64,000 nucleotides of DNA from Eledone cirrhosa (GCA_964016885.1 OZ024743.1:301134001-301198000); one strand, 5' to 3'. Positions 45,083 to 61,460 are shown, numbered from the stretch's first letter. Notes: a model not told the origin generated them from the sequence alone. A program made the numbers and translations.

Positions 45083-45129
<47 letters not shown>

Positions 45130-45388
45130 ATGCATGTATGTGTGAACGGAGCTATATATACGGACATATGTATATGAGTGTGTGTGTGTGTGTACACGTG
45201 TGTGTGTATGTGTGTGTGTATGTGTATATATGTATATTTAGTTATGTATCTTTATGTGTGTATATGTATGTATGTGTATGTATGTATGTGTATCTATATG
45301 TATATATATATATATGTGTGTGTGTGTGTATATATGTGTATATATGTGTATATGTGTGTATATCTATATGTATGTGTATATATGTCTG

Positions 45389-45658
<270 letters not shown>

Positions 45659-46455
45659 ATATGTATATATATATATATACCCATGTGGAGGTATGTGTAC
45701 ATATTCGTGTGTTTACGTATGTGTATATGTGTTTTTATATGTGTCTCTACATGTGTTTGTGTATGTATGTGGATGTATTTGTACATGGGTGTGTGATCGA
45801 TGGCGTGTGCCTATATATTCCTACATATGCCCGTGTGTGTATGTACGTATACACGAACATATGTGTGTGTTGAACAACGGACTAATTTTGGGAAGGACTT
45901 AGAAAAATTCTTCATAACAATATCAAAAAATAATTATTTACAAACTTAGCAGGTGCGATTTGCCTGTGACCATTCTCAACACAAAAGGAATACTAAAAGC
46001 TTTTTTCCCCTGAATAAAGGAATTTTTTGAGAATGACCGGGGCAGGCCGCACTTGCTACATTTCTCCCCACCCAACCCTACTCACCGTCTCAACTCATTA
46101 CTGCTATTAACTCTTTTTGAACACACCTACACCCATACACTTATTAAAGGGGGAGAAAAGAAACCCCCACCACACCACAGACATGTTAAATCCCTATATA
46201 TAGAACAACACACCACATACACATCAGTTTGACAAGCGCACCTCAGCGTGAAAGGTCGTTCTAAAACCGAAACAATACCTCCTACGTTAACCAAGCACTC
46301 TTAAGAGCTAACCAACAACCAACAACTTAATTTATAAAATAATATTTTCTAAGAAAAATTTTTTTTCTAATCCGGAAAAAAATTATTTTTGGATTTTGTG
46401 AAGAAAATAAATTTGTTGAAAGCACAAGTGAAGCCATTTTTTCTTCCCCCCTGTC

Positions 46456-46530
<75 letters not shown>

Positions 46531-46944
46531 AGGCAATTCATTTAAAAACAAATTTTACTCCTTACACAGTGTACACGTCTATATATTTGTGCGTATGCAT
46601 ATATATCATTATAAAGATTATGCACTTTCCTCAGAGAAGAAACATTATTGTCTTTAATGATGTTGCTGGAGGGATGTCCAAATTATTCAACAGTAACACC
46701 AATTTTCCATTACTGATATAATTAATCCTTCAGAGTAATACTTAGAACTAATTATTCATCCCGGTAACTTAATCCGTACTACGTTTAAAATGATAACTAA
46801 CACGGTTATCTAAAATGGCGGTTATAAGAGGACATAATTATGTAACGGAAGTAACTATTTTGTATTATAACTTCCCAACGCTAAGTGACATTGATATAGT
46901 AGATGTTAGGTAAAGTTTTCTGTACGTATTAATTCTTGAGTATT

Positions 46945-48300
46945 TAATGCTGAAGCGGGACCTGTTGCAAAGCATCCAACTTGAACCGGGATGTGAAAAA
47001 GCTGTGTCGGCTTATGCGGAAGGCATCACGTGATGGTATCGGGCACCTCTGATATCAAGATGATCGGCACCCTATTGGAGGAATATGAAAGGTTGACATG
47101 AGCGAATCTTAACTCGGAAAGGTCGGTGTGCTTGCAGTTTGGCACTTGGATAGGCAAGTCCATGTCGTTCAACAGCGTCGTTGGGCACTGGACGTATGGA
47201 CCGGTAAAGTTGTTTGGGGGTTTGTTTAGGCCCAGACCAACCACCAGGGCAGCCAGTCTCACACACATATCGGCTACGAGAAAGCTGCCACGGAAAGGTC
47301 GGTCGGAGGTGGTGAACGCGTACATCGTGTCCGTCATCTACTATCACCTGACCGTGTAACTTGCTCCGTTCGCGCCTCGTCAATTTGGAACGGCTCCTCA
47401 TCTAATTCTAATGGACGAGACAGGTTCTGTGTGGCGATCCATCAGCTGCCAGCACCGTCTACGTGGAGGGCTGGGCATGCCGTGGCTAATGAGTTTGCGG
47501 CATCGCCAGATATTCTAAAAGGTGAACAGGTGTGGTCGTCATTTGTCAGGCGAGCCTTTCCGCCGCTCATCTCTTTGACTGAGCTGCAGACCTGCGTCAA
47601 GAAGATGACGACACTGAGTGACTAGCATCTGTTGCCAGGCATTCACTGCCCTCTACTATATGGGGCTGTCAGTGGACTGACACTGTTAAGTTCTATAGAG
47701 GATTAATGGCGGGCAAGTGCGACGATGCACTCGGAGAGGCTCATGGCTTCAACGAAGTCGAACAGACCAGTCTGTTCCGGAGGACCTTCGAGCCGTGATC
47801 CATGGAACACTTCCAGAAATCCCTCACTTGGCAGTGCTAACGGGGAGAACGGCTGGTTCGAGATAACATTTACAGGCATGGAAGTGCTGTCAGACGTACC
47901 TGTCCGAGATGCGCACAGTGCGACGAAACCGTTCCACACGCCATCGCCCAATGTCTGTGCATTATTGACTTGTCGAGTTATGTTGGACAGGTGTTGTAGC
48001 GTCTAGAACGGATACTGTTATCGGATCCATAATGAAGTTCGACTCGCCGTCTTCACTTGCCCAGGCAGGGCAGGCAATATTCCTCTGTCTGGTGCTAGTT
48101 GCGAAAGAGGTTTTATCGTGGACCAGTTTGAAAGGACTGAAGACAGATACATTTCTCTTCGGCCAATCCCTCATCCGCTTAAATGTTCACTTGGTGGTGT
48201 GAGAAGTGATGCCGCTAGTACATTTACTAAAATATTGATGAATATGGCGAGAATGGCTCGTGTGTGTGGGCCTACTCTGACTATATGCCTGTAAGCAGGT
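46945..48300 (+). mobile_element. Decayed L1/Tx1-group LINE (RT C-terminus and cysteine-rich end)
   Basis: AYAEGIT (degenerate YADD), NLNSERSVCLQFG, GGLGMP, CPRC..ETVPHAIAQC. GC-rich with many frameshifts. Confidence 0.65.
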
Positions 48301-48463
48301 TAATTTGGGGAGGAGAGTGTCGTAGAAGCGTCGGGTAGTTCACGATTGGTGTGGTAACAGGGTCGTCCCTGGGTGTTTCATCCCTCAATTTATTTTGTTA
48401 TTTTTATACATAATTTATTTCATATATTTCTCATTGTTAAATTGGTTTTACAATTTTTCGTTT

Positions 48464-49717
<1,254 letters not shown>

Positions 49718-49814
49718 AGTGTTTGTATGTGTGTGTGTGTGAACATAGGTTCATAATTATTATTTTAATTTTCATTCGTTTACAATATGAAATCATGATG
49801 AGGCTCTATTATTA

Positions 49815-50012
49815 TTGCTGGGGATTGGTAGCATCGTTAGATAGAAGGTTGCACGCAATGCTTTGCAGCATAGCGTTACGCCTCTTTATGGTCTGAGCTC
49901 AAATCCCGTCAAGGTGCACTTTGCCTTTCATCCTTACGGGGTCGATAAAATAAAGTACCAGTAATGTACTGTAATAATTGGTGGCCTTGTGCTAAAAGTA
50001 GAAACATTTATT
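49815..50012 (+). mobile_element. tRNA-headed SINE (family of 14853-15046)
   Basis: gagctcaaatccc, ttgcctttcatccttacggggtcgataaaataaagtaccag. Flanked by ttattattgctg on both sides, a likely target-site duplication. Confidence 0.8.
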
Positions 50013-50199
50013 ATTGCTGCACGGCCTATACGCCTGCTTTCTTGATCGACCGTTGATAAGGAAGGAAATGGGGAGGATTTATTCTGCTGATATTATACGT
50101 GTTTCTTTACGAGCTGTGTGATCATTTGTTATCTTAGATAAATGTGTTTCGAAAATGTTTTCCGAAATATTTTCCGAAACCCCACTCCTACATTCCCAT

Positions 50200-50700
50200 C
50201 ACAGAAACCACAACCTCTGCACTCACCAGCCATTTCGTACCGACCAATCCTAACACCCCACCCCTCCCATTGTACCAACATCTCCTCTAAACCTAAATTT
50301 GTTGTCACTAGACCCCACCGTCTCTGTCACAACATTTAGCGACGTGCTACACTTGCATCGACACCGAGAGGAACTTCATTTCACGAAACTACAGGCGCAA
50401 ATACACGGTAGTCCGCTCACGCTGAATGACACAGCTTTCTGAAACTGGATCGACACCTATCACAATGAATGCCTGTCTTCGAACAGTTTAGCACCCTGGA
50501 AACATTCCTTGATCTCTGCCACAATGCAGTGAGCCGGTTTGACTTCGGTGGACACCACCATTGCACGAACATCTTTCAGATGGTACTCGCCGCCCCCCAC
50601 TCCCTCGGAATTCGGAATTACATCGATTTAACTCCAGTGGAGAATGAGATTTCCTTAGTCTCTTGGTGCGCCGACCTCTACAAGAATGGATTCAAGGGAC
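50200..50700 (+). pseudogene. Highly decayed PLE N-terminal (pre-RT) fragment
   Basis: LETFLDLC..TNIFQMVLAAPHSL..IDLTPVENEISLVSWCADLYK fits the PLE pattern NL..E..AL.SL....IVIKPADKGGAVVVW..DLY. Confidence 0.5.
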
Positions 50701-51960
50701 AGAGATTCACCAGTGCGCATCGGTTATTTTCGTCTTCAAACCGTTGTTTGGCAATTCCACATATACGACTCTAAATGTGTCGTTGTCTCACTTTACGAGA
50801 CAGTACTCATTGCATACGCCGATTCTGCATGTATACAATTACGTGTGCTGTTCGCATGTTCAGAGTTGTCCGTAAAACATTAGAGTTTATATCATTCTAT
50901 TCGTATATATGGATGCAATGCTATGCTGTTGATAAGACATGAACTAGTACCCTCTCTGAATTATAAATACGGTGCCATCTGGAGCTTTTTTTATTAGAAT
51001 TAGAATTTAGTGTTGTTAACAATGATTCAAGTAACACACAGTATTATCTGTAATGCCATTAAAGATTTCTAAGCGCATTGCCGAAATTTATTGAACAACA
51101 GCGACATTGCATTTAGCAATTATTATCGGGAAGCATAATAATATAACGTGGAGGAATTAAAAGTTTAAAGCTGTTAATCTGGTGCGTAAAAGTTTTCTTG
51201 TACAAAACTACGTTTATTACGATAGTCATCACACTATTTCTGATGGAAATACAGCTCTTTTGGGATAACGCTTCCCAGAGAACAAAACGATAACATTCAG
51301 GAAGTTTCTATTGGGAACAACTATACATTTTGAAATCATCTAAAGTGACATTATGTATCTTTATCCAGTAGGTATGTGTTGGATCAATACACACGCGTGG
51401 CATGTTTTAAGATAAGAAATCTGCATCTCAGCAGATTACTTTTCAGTTTGACATGTATAAGAATTGGCTATTACAATCAATTTCTATGTATGCTACAGTT
51501 AAAAATATATTTCTAACGTGTAGAAGATATATGTATAAGATTACCAGCCCCATATATTATTTTGAAAATGCTTTCTAACAAATCTCAAAGGTATATTGAG
51601 TTTTAGAGTAATGATTTCCGACAGAACAGATTGAAATTTCTCACGGATACAGAATGGCAGCAATTTTTGTAAAAAGGGAAAGTTACTTAATGTTATACGC
51701 TGAAAGGGACAGGACCGGGAAATATATTAACACAAATAATTCGGAACTTATTGCAAAATTGCAGTAGAAACATGAAACATCCAATAGAAATTAATTATAT
51801 GTGGTGATGACAATGCTTTTCCGAAAGGAATTATTTATTGATGTGAAATGAAATGTTTAACATATTTGATGTATGGAGAATTTAGTTAACAGATCATCCT
51901 TCATCACTTTCTGGAACGAGTGATTGAATGATTTATCCACACATATGTGTGGGTGTGTGT

Positions 51961-52000
<40 letters not shown>

Positions 52001-52004
52001 ATAT

Positions 52005-52035
<31 letters not shown>

Positions 52036-53105
52036 GATTTGTTTTGCGACCATTTTGATATGTGTCGAAACCAATCTTGTTTATAAATGGGGACGGTCAT
52101 ATTGTTGTAATAATATTGCCAGAATTAATAACAGAACACACTCACTGTTGGTTTTCGCTTCTTAATCATTTATATCTCCACAGTTAATTCACTTGGTCCT
52201 CAATGTTTATCATTGACTGACCAACGGTCAGAATTACAGCTATAATACAGATATAAACCCATATATATATAGTCTAACGAATTTCTTTCGTTGCACATCT
52301 GCAACATCATCATTGGTACTATTATGTTCCTCCTGATGTATTGTATGTCTACGCCATTTTTATTTTATCTGTTTATTTATTTATTTATTTATTTGTGTAT
52401 TCTCTGCGTATGCGTTTGCGTTTGTGTATAGTGTTTGGTGTGTGTTCGCGTTTGGGTGACTGTGTTTTGGTTATTGTATTCTATCTTAGTTTATTAGTGT
52501 GTGTTTATATGTGTTTGTTGTTATTGTGCTTGTGTATTTATTAATTTATTTATTTATATTTATCTTAAGTCAGTATTGTTTGTGTGGGTGTTGTTATTCC
52601 ATTCATTTTTTTCTGTTTAGGTTTGGCCTTTCAAGCTCTATTTCGCCTGCCTCTCTGATTTGCCTACCTGCTGGGTCATTTCTATGTTTATATATTATTT
52701 TAATTCCTATGTTGTCTATGATACCGTCATGCTGTTGTCTGGCGAACACACACCAAACACTATAGACACATGCAAACGCATGCGCATAGAAGAAGATAAA
52801 AATACATATATAAATAAACAGAATAAAATAAAAATGGCGTAAACATACAATGCAACAGGAGGAACATATTAGTACCTGTGATGATGTTGCAGATGTGTAA
52901 CGAAAGAACTTTTTTGGATTTTATATATGTGTTTATATCATTATTATATCTGTATATTTTGCCGTTGGGCAGTCAGTGATAAACATTGAGGACCAAGTAA
53001 ATTAACTGTGGGCATACAATAGATACAGAAGCGAAAACTAACCATAGAGTGAGAGTGTTTTGTTATTATTTCTTGCAATACAACCCTCCCCAAGTATAAC
53101 CATAT
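52036..53105. mobile_element. PLE 3' UTR fold-back (arms ~52075-52440 / ~52745-53105)
   Basis: Inverted arms. Degenerate HHR UGAUGA-U-GUUGCA-GAUG-UGYAAC-GAAA at ~52286-52312 (-) and ~52879-52905 (+). Confidence 0.75.
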
Positions 53106-53112
53106 TTATATA

Positions 53113-53179
<67 letters not shown>

Positions 53180-53184
<5 letters not shown>

Positions 53185-54869
53185 CAAGTGAAGGTATTCA
53201 CATAATCAAAATATATGCGTTATTATATATATTTCGAATGTACTGTGTTGTTTTTATTCCAGTACGTCCTAGTCAGATAAAATATATGATTTGATATATG
53301 ACACACTTCTACGGTCTTGATATTTCAGTTCCAGTATTGGCAGTGGTTTATTTCATCAAACCTCAACATTTATATACCACAAATCATAATATGATAAACT
53401 TAAAGAAGAAAAGGAGTTGGAGCGAATTAGAGATATAAGAGAGTGTGTAAAGAAGAGGATATGCAAAAAAATATATAAGAAAAAGAAAGAGAGAAAATAA
53501 AAAAATACATATATCAATGAATATATAGATGGGTGAATAGGATGAAGAAATATATATAAACAAGAAGGAAAAAGAAGAAATAAAGAAGAAATAACGACAA
53601 AAGAGTAGAAAAAACCGTTGTTTTAAAATATTATGTCAATTGAGTCAAACAATCAGTTAACACAGACCATTGAATATCTCTAGTATTTGGTTATGGTTAA
53701 GTAAATTATACTAATATAATATATAAAAATTAATCAATATGCATTACTTTTCATATTTAATTAAAAAATTATATAATTTATTTTGACTCATTATATATTT
53801 TAATTTCTGGTTTAGGTAATATATTCCATAAGTAGTTTGTTACAATTTTTAAATAAATTATCTTTAAAGCATATTTAAATAATTATTAAACCTGTATTAA
53901 AATATATATTAAAATATATGCATATAACACCTTTATAAAATTTGTCAAATCTTTAATTATCATATAATTACAGGATTAACATTTTAGTTAAATTTACGGT
54001 CAAACATTGTAATTTACTTCAGTAAATGCAAATGATTACAGTCTCCTTTTAAAGAAATTCTTATATTATTCAATTATATAATTTAGTTCAAAAATTAAAA
54101 TAGCAATCTATTCAAACAGAATAAAGAATGTAAACAAAAGGAAGATAACTCATTCACAATATTTGAGCATTAAACAAAATATCTATTCTGAAATCAAGTG
54201 ATATTTCTAAACCATAAATCAACAATTTTCAAGTTAAATATTGAACAGTCCTGATCAAAAACTTAGGATACAGAGGCTGATAATGAAATTATTATAATAG
54301 ATAAAACATCAATACATTATTACTCCGATAAGGCAAAAATCATAATTATAAATATATTTATAAAAATTATTATAAAAACTATTAATTTCAATATTCTTTC
54401 GAAACTTGTATATTGCTTGGAATGTTTTTGCGGCCGTATGTTGGCAGCTGCTAAATAATTATTTTTTCTTATTAATTAAATTGTCATAATTGTAACTAAG
54501 AATAGAGTCTCAAGATTGCAAAGATTGCAATTTGGTAATATGGAAGCGTTCCGATAGGAATTGGCGTCATTTAGCCGTGTCCAAGAGATGGAGTATTTAA
54601 TATTATTGTCCATCAAAGACCATATTAATTGAGAGAGTGAAGTTGTAGATGTTTTGTCTCGTTTCGAAAAGGAATTTTTTATGATTTTACCGACGAAGTT
54701 TAAACTCAGATGAAGTCGCACCAATGTAGTTGTATATATTATTATTTGTCTTAATGTTGCATTTATATACTAGATTCATACTCAGGCAGTAATTTTGTAA
54801 GGGACATTCTGACTTCCTTCTACAGTTACATTTCTTCTCGATATTATTTCTATACCCTAAACTATTCAT
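53180..54869 (-). mobile_element. Hydra-type PLE left arm (endonuclease and 3' UTR)
   Basis: CNCRRKSECPLQNYCL..NLVYKC..YIGATS, SQLIWSL..CNLCNLE. Inverted copy at 61462-61870. Confidence 0.8.
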
Positions 54870-57370
54870 ATTATTATTATTACAGTTGCATTTATCTTGC
54901 TTTATGTTCATACGAGTTATCACCAAGTCATAACCAGTGACCTCAAGAGACAACAAGGTCCGCCATGTTCAAGAAGAACATACATACTCACATGCATCTT
55001 TAGTGTTTAGACTTGTGATGTACTTATATTGGCAGAATATTCCTTAGTATATGGGCAGTTCCCATTAGTACTATCTTTTGTATCTCTCCTATACCCGGGT
55101 TTCCTGGGATTTGCGATAAGTAATCATTAGACCCCTTAGGTATCATTCCCAGAACGCCTACAACACTGATATTTTTTAGTTTCTCTATTTCCACATTTTT
55201 CTAATTTCTATCTCCAGGTCCTTATACTTGCTCAATTTTTCAAATGTTTTTATAGATACATTCTTGTCTATTGGAACGGACATATCAATTAGCAGGCTAC
55301 CCCCTTTTTAAAGTCCTTCAGTATTATATCAGGTCTATTTGCATCTATTTTTCGGTCTGTTTGGATGTTAAAGTTCCGCAAGATTGAGATGTCATGTTTT
55401 TCAAGTACCGGAGCAGGTCAAAGTGTTTACAGATTATCCAATGTATGTATTGTGTAGCTCTGCCGTACCTGTTTAGGTATTCGGTTGGAGCTATAGGACT
55501 GCACATTGAAATTATATGGTCAATGGTCTCTGGTTGTTTTTTTACATACACGGCATAATGGGTTGCATCCATTTTTTATTACGTTGGCTTGTTGATGTTT
55601 TGTTGGCAGACACTGATCTTGTGCTGATATAATCAGTCCCTCAGTCTCCGATTTCAGTCCAGAGGATGCCAACCACTGATGGGTTAAAGTTTTGTCAACA
55701 TCAGGGTTGTTAGCTCTTTCTGGGTATTTTCCATACGGAGGGTTTTCTTGCCATTTCTTAGCCAGTTTCTGTAGCAGTTCTTTCTTTGCAGTTACTTTTA
55801 CCTCCTTTGCTTTTTCTGTGTTTTCCATTTCAGCAGTAAATGGGACTTCTGAAATTTGTAGTCCATTACTGTATATTTGTGCATCTTTTGTGATGGAGTA
55901 TGATATTTTGATGCTTTCGTGTTTCAAAACGAGTTTGATCATCCAATCATGTGATACCCTTAGATATGTAGATAATCCAATTGTTGCAGTTTTCAACACA
56001 ATATCTAACTGGATTAACACACGTCATTCTTCTTTCCTAGGGAGATATATTCTATCTCTATCTGCCTTAGGATGATGCATTCTGTGCATGGTTAATAATT
56101 TTCTAATGTTTGTATCGAGCGTACCGATCTCTGTGCTTGACCAGTTGATGACATGATAACAGTAGGATACTACAGGTATTGCAAGCGTGTTTATGGCATC
56201 GATCCTATTCCTTGCATTCAAATCCGTTCTTAACATTGCTCTTACTCTGCGGTAACATTCCTTCCTTATCCTTTCCCTCATTGTCGAGTGCTTGATTCCG
56301 TCTCCTTCACAAGCACCTAGATATTTGTAAGTTTCTCTTGATCAAGTTCTCTTATCACGTTCCCCCGATCAAGTTTAATGTCTGAACTTTTCAGCAGCTT
56401 TCCTCTGGTGAACGTTGCTTTGGCGCACTTATCTAGACCATACTCCATGTTAATGTCATCACAAAACTGCTCCACAGTGGATAATACCCCTTGCAATTGT
56501 TCATCATTTTTTGCAAATAGTTTCAGGTCATCCATGTAGAACATGTGATTAATTGTTTTGTCATAGACTTTATATCCATGTTTTGTTTCATTGAGCATTT
56601 TACTTAATGGTATAAGTGCGATGCAGAATAAAAGCGGTGATAAAGAGTCACCCTGAAACATTCCACAATTAATATTAACTTCTACTGCTTCCTCTGATTT
56701 TTCTTCACTATTCAAAAGGAGGGTCGTTTTCCATGTCTTCATACTGAACAACAGGAACCTCCTGACAACGGGAGATATTTTGAAAATCTCTAAACACTTT
56801 TCAATCCAACTGTGTGGCAAACTATCGAATGGTTTTTTATAATCTATCCAAGCAATTGATACATTTTTGTGTCTATTATGACAATCTTCCAGTATCATTT
56901 TGTTAACCAAAAGCTGATCCTTACAGCCATATGAGCCTCGTTTACACCCTTTCTGCTCATTGGGAAATAGATCATTTGTTGTCAGGTGGTCATACGTATA
57001 TTCAGTTTGGACTGATGTTAACTTTTTTAACATTGTGGTCAAGCAAGTTATCTGTAATTTTTGGGATTGTTTGTCTCATCATTCTTCGGAAGCAGTAATG
57101 TAGTGCCGTTAACAAGCCATGGTGTTATCTTTTCTGGCTCCTTAACTATTTCATTGTAAACTTGAGCTAACAGCTCATGAGACTCTGTGAAGGCATTTAT
57201 CAACAAATTTGGTATTTTGTCTTTTCCTGAGGATTTCCATTTGCTGGTTTTTATAAGAGCCAAACGCAACTGTTCAACTGTTACAATTTCCCATATTTGT
57301 TCCTCAAGGTGAGCTGTATCTTTCATTTGTCTGTCTATCCATGGGGCATGTATATTATGAACTCAGAATG
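54870..57370 (-). mobile_element. R4/Dong-type RLE LINE, truncated and frameshifted, (TAA)n tail
   Basis: EQKGC, WIDYKKPFDS, QGDSLSPLLF, FYMDDLKLF, CRVCKK..ETIDHIISMC, NRPDII. Ends in (TAA)4 at 54870-54881. Confidence 0.88.
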
Positions 57371-57447
57371 ACAGGGGCCGTAACACAATACGTCAAATCA
57401 TGGCGTCCGACCCTCCTCCGATACTGCCAATCCAAATAATAATAATA

Positions 57448-60400
57448 ACAGAATTAACATCGGGTGGATAATCCTTGGGAGGCGTGAAGGTCAAGAGAGG
57501 CATCTTCCATGGAGATAGTCTGTCCCCTCTGTTATTTGTGCTTGCCATGATATCCCTGACCATTATACTGCGAAAAGTGACAGCAGTATACAAGTTGGGA
57601 AAAGGAGAGCTTACCACCAAACACCTCCTCTTCATGGACGATCTTAAACTCTTTGGGAAGAGTGAGAAAGAGTTGGATGTACTTGTTGGCACTGTCCATA
57701 TTTTCAGCAGTGATATATGTATGCAATTTGTTATTAATAAGTGTGGTTTTCTAGTGATGAAGAGGGGTAAATTAAGCAGAAGAAACGGAATCCAGGTATA
57801 AACAGGTGAGATGATAAAGGAAATTGACACTGATGAAGGATACAAACATCCAAAGCAGACAATGATCTGAATGCTGAAATAAATAACATCTGGAACAAAG
57901 ATAAGGCCATTGAGGAAATGTATGCTGACGGGCTAGGACAAGATTTAGTTGATATCCTAAACATAGTGGTAGATGAAATGAAAAATGATAGTGGGATACC
58001 TATGAACCTAAGATTTTTAGACGGGAAAAAGTTAAAAGGAACAACAGCTAAGGTAAACAAAGTCATCCCATACCTTGAGCCGAGGAACCTTCACCAATGC
58101 AACAATAACCTCAAGGCAACAGCAAATGCGGTGAGGAAATTACTTGGCATACAAATGCGAGGAAACAACAAACAAGAAAGATCAGATGCTTGATGGCAGA
58201 AACGACTGAGTGCTCAAATCAAGGAAATGAGAAATGACATTGAAGAGCTTGAATCCCTAATGGATGGGACACTACAAAACATAGACACTGAAAATAGACT
58301 GGAAATAAAGTACAACACTAGTAGGAAAAAGCTAAATATCATCATAGCGTAACTGAAGCAACGCATTGTAGCAAATAGTGCAAATATTAGGTGGTATGAG
58401 AGCAGAGTCAGTCAGTATTGACAGTACCGCATCTTTGACAACAGACATAATATGTTGTTTGGACAGCTTGAAGTGAATGAAAGAGGCACCGACTTGATCC
58501 CTGAGGCGGAACAGACTAAGACATTCTGGAGAGGAATATGGGAGCAGGATATTGAACATAATGACCAGGCAGTGTGGATTGAGACAGTAAAAAAGGAGGT
58601 TAGTGAACAGGCACACCAACAAACTGATTTGATTATCAGAGTTGAAACTCTTAAATGGCAGGCCAAAAAACTAACCAACTGGAAATCACCAGGCCCAGAT
58701 TGTGTGCAGGGGTATTGGATAACAAATATAACATCCCTCCATCCGAAACTGACAACCATGTTTAATGACTGCCTGATGTCGGGTGAGGTACCAGAGTGGT
58801 TGACAAAAGGTACCACAGTTCTCGTAATGAAAGACCGAATCAAGGGTAATGATGTTACCAACTATAGACGTATCACATGTCTGTCCGTAATGTGGAAAAT
58901 GTTTACAAGCATTGTGTCTGAAAAAATCTACCATCACCTCCACATAAACAACTTGTTACCGGAAGAACAGAAAGGATGCCGAAAGAAGTCCCGTGGTACA
59001 AAAGACTTATTGATAATATGGTAATGAGGAATTGCAAGAGGAGACACACTGATCTTGCCACGGGATGGATAGATTACAAAAAGGCATTAGACATGGTACC
59101 TCATTCTTGGATCACCAAAAGCCTAGAGATCTTCAAGGTGGCAGACAACATCAGACAGTTGTTGAGCAAAAGTACGAAGTCTTGGGAAACAGAGTTAACA
59201 TCGGGTGGAAAATCCTTGGGAGGGGTGAAGATCAAGAGAGCTATCCTCCAGGGAGATAGTTTGCTCCCTCTGTTGTTTGTCCTTGTCCTGATAACCCTGA
59301 CCATTATACTGCGAAAAGTGAGAGCAGGATACAAGTTGGGAAAAGGAGAACTTACCATCTATCACCAACACTTCATGGACGATATTAAACTCTTTGGGAA
59401 GAGTGAGAAGGAGTTGGATGTACTTGTTGACACTGTCCGTATTTTCAGCAATGATATATGAATACAATTTGGTATTAGTAAATGGAGAGTCCTAGTGATG
59501 AAGAGGGGTAGATTGAGCAGAACAACGGAATCCAGGTACCAACAGGTGAGATGATAAAGGAAATTGACACTAAAGAAGGATACAACTATTTAGGTGTTCT
59601 GGAAGCAGATTACATCAAGAACAAAAAAAGGAATTGATAATATCTGAGTACATTAGGAAAGTAAGGAGCGTATTAAAATCACATCTAAATAGTAGGAATG
59701 TCATAAGTGCAGTTAATTCACGAGCTGTGTATATTCTTATGTAGAGTGCGTGGATTCTGAAATGGAATGTTGCTGAACAAATATAAATGGATAGGAAGAC
59801 TAGGAAGCTATTGACTATCTACAACATGTTCCACAAGAGGAGTGATGTCGATATACTCTACGTAAAGAGATCTGAAGGCGGAAGAGGTCTCATAAGCATA
59901 GAGGACTCTGTTCAGATGGAGAAAAACAATCTGCACGAATACGTGACTGACTGTAGGGAGCCAATGCTCAGAATTGTACTGAAGGAGAGGACAATAGACC
60001 AGGGTGTGTCCAATAAGCAAATACCAGCAAGGAGGATGAGCAACCTTCATGAAAAATCCCTTCATATTATCTTCTTTAAGAAAACTGAATTTAGAGATCC
60101 ACAGATATGAAACTGGTTGAAAGGAGGAGACCATAAAAGGCAAGTGCAGGCCCTCAGAACGAAGTGGTTGAAACACAATATTTATAAGGAGGAGGCTAGC
60201 CCACTGTGTAGCATCTGTGGAGAGAGAGGAGACTGTGGTTCACATTGTATCCGAGTGTAAACACCTAGCCCAGACTCATTATAAAGGCTGGAGACATGAT
60301 GTGATGGGCAAGGTGATCCACTGGCACCTATGCAAAGTAAACAATTTACCATATTCTGAGAGGTGGTATGAGCATAAGCCAGAGTCGGCGATGGAAAACG

Positions 60401-60868
60401 ATCAGGTGAAGGTGCTGTGGAATTTTCGAATACAGACGGACAAGAAACTGGAACACAATAGGCCTGACCTGGTGGTTTGGAACAAAGAAAAAATATCATG
60501 CCTGATTGTAGATGTAGCCTGACCATTTGACACTAGATTGCAACAGAAGGAGAGGGATAAAATTAACCGATACCAGGAATTAAAGTGGGAGGTAAAAGGA
60601 TTTGGAACTGCCATGGCGTCAGAGTCGTCCCGATTGTCATAGGCGTAATAGTTACTATCTCAAAGAGTCTCCAATGATGGTTAAAGAAAATTAGTCCAGC
60701 CCCACATTTTGGAACACTTCAAAAGGCATGCTTGCTGGGAACAGCAAGAACCCTCCGATACTTCCTGAATATCTGAGGCTGCAGGTAGCGGTTTGATATT
60801 CATTTCAACAAACTTTACAGTTAAATAACATCAATGACTGAGAATCAAAGAACAATAATAATAATAAT
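57448..60868 (+). mobile_element. Second R4/Dong-type RLE LINE, (TAA)n at both ends
   Basis: WKSPGPD, EEQKGC, WIDYKKALDMVPH, FMDDIKLF, CSICGEREETVVHIVSEC, HNRPDLVV..IVDVA. AAT repeats at 57434-57447 and 60853-60868. Confidence 0.88.
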
Positions 60869-61044
60869 ACTATTGACTATAAAAACAACAACTTGAGGAA
60901 TAAATCGGGGAAAAAAAAAGAAATATATCTATAATCTGGTATGCTCCGCCAGCATCTTTAGTAAAAATCTTAATTTGAACCAAAATATAAATAACGATAA
61001 TAACAATAATAATAATAATACATTACTTAATGGGAATAACAATA

Positions 61045-61232
61045 ATTGTTTCTATTTTAGGCACAAGGCCAGCAATTACCCAGTGCATTACTGGTACTTT
61101 ATTTCATCGACCCCGTAAGGATGAAAGGCAAAGTCAACCTCGGCGGGATTTGAACTCAGATCGTAAAGGGACGTAACTATGCTAGAAAGCATGGCGTCCG
61201 ATCCTCTACTGATACTGCCAATCCACCGCCAC
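61045..61232 (-). mobile_element. tRNA-headed SINE
   Basis: Reverse complement of the 14853 family. atgggaataacaataat occurs on both sides (61030 and 61234). Confidence 0.82.
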
Positions 61233-61291
61233 AATGGGAATAACAATAATAATAACTTAAATACGAATAATAGTAGAACACCTTTACATGA

Positions 61292-61460
61292 TAATTGTTT
61301 CTCCTTGTGGCACCAGGCCAGCAAATACCCAGTACATTACTGGTACTTTATTTTATCGACCCCGTATGGATGAAAGGCAAAGTTAACCTAGGCGGGAATT
61401 GAAATCAGATCATAAAGAAAGTATGTCCGACCTTCTACCGATACAGCCAATTGACCGCCC
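61292..61460 (-). mobile_element. tRNA-headed SINE
   Basis: ctggtactttattttatcgaccccgtatggatgaaaggcaaag. Confidence 0.78.

Noticed and set aside
53300-53370. Hammerhead in the PLE terminus at 53.3 kb
   Set aside because: UUGAUGA and GAAA are present on the minus strand, but stems I and II do not pair convincingly.
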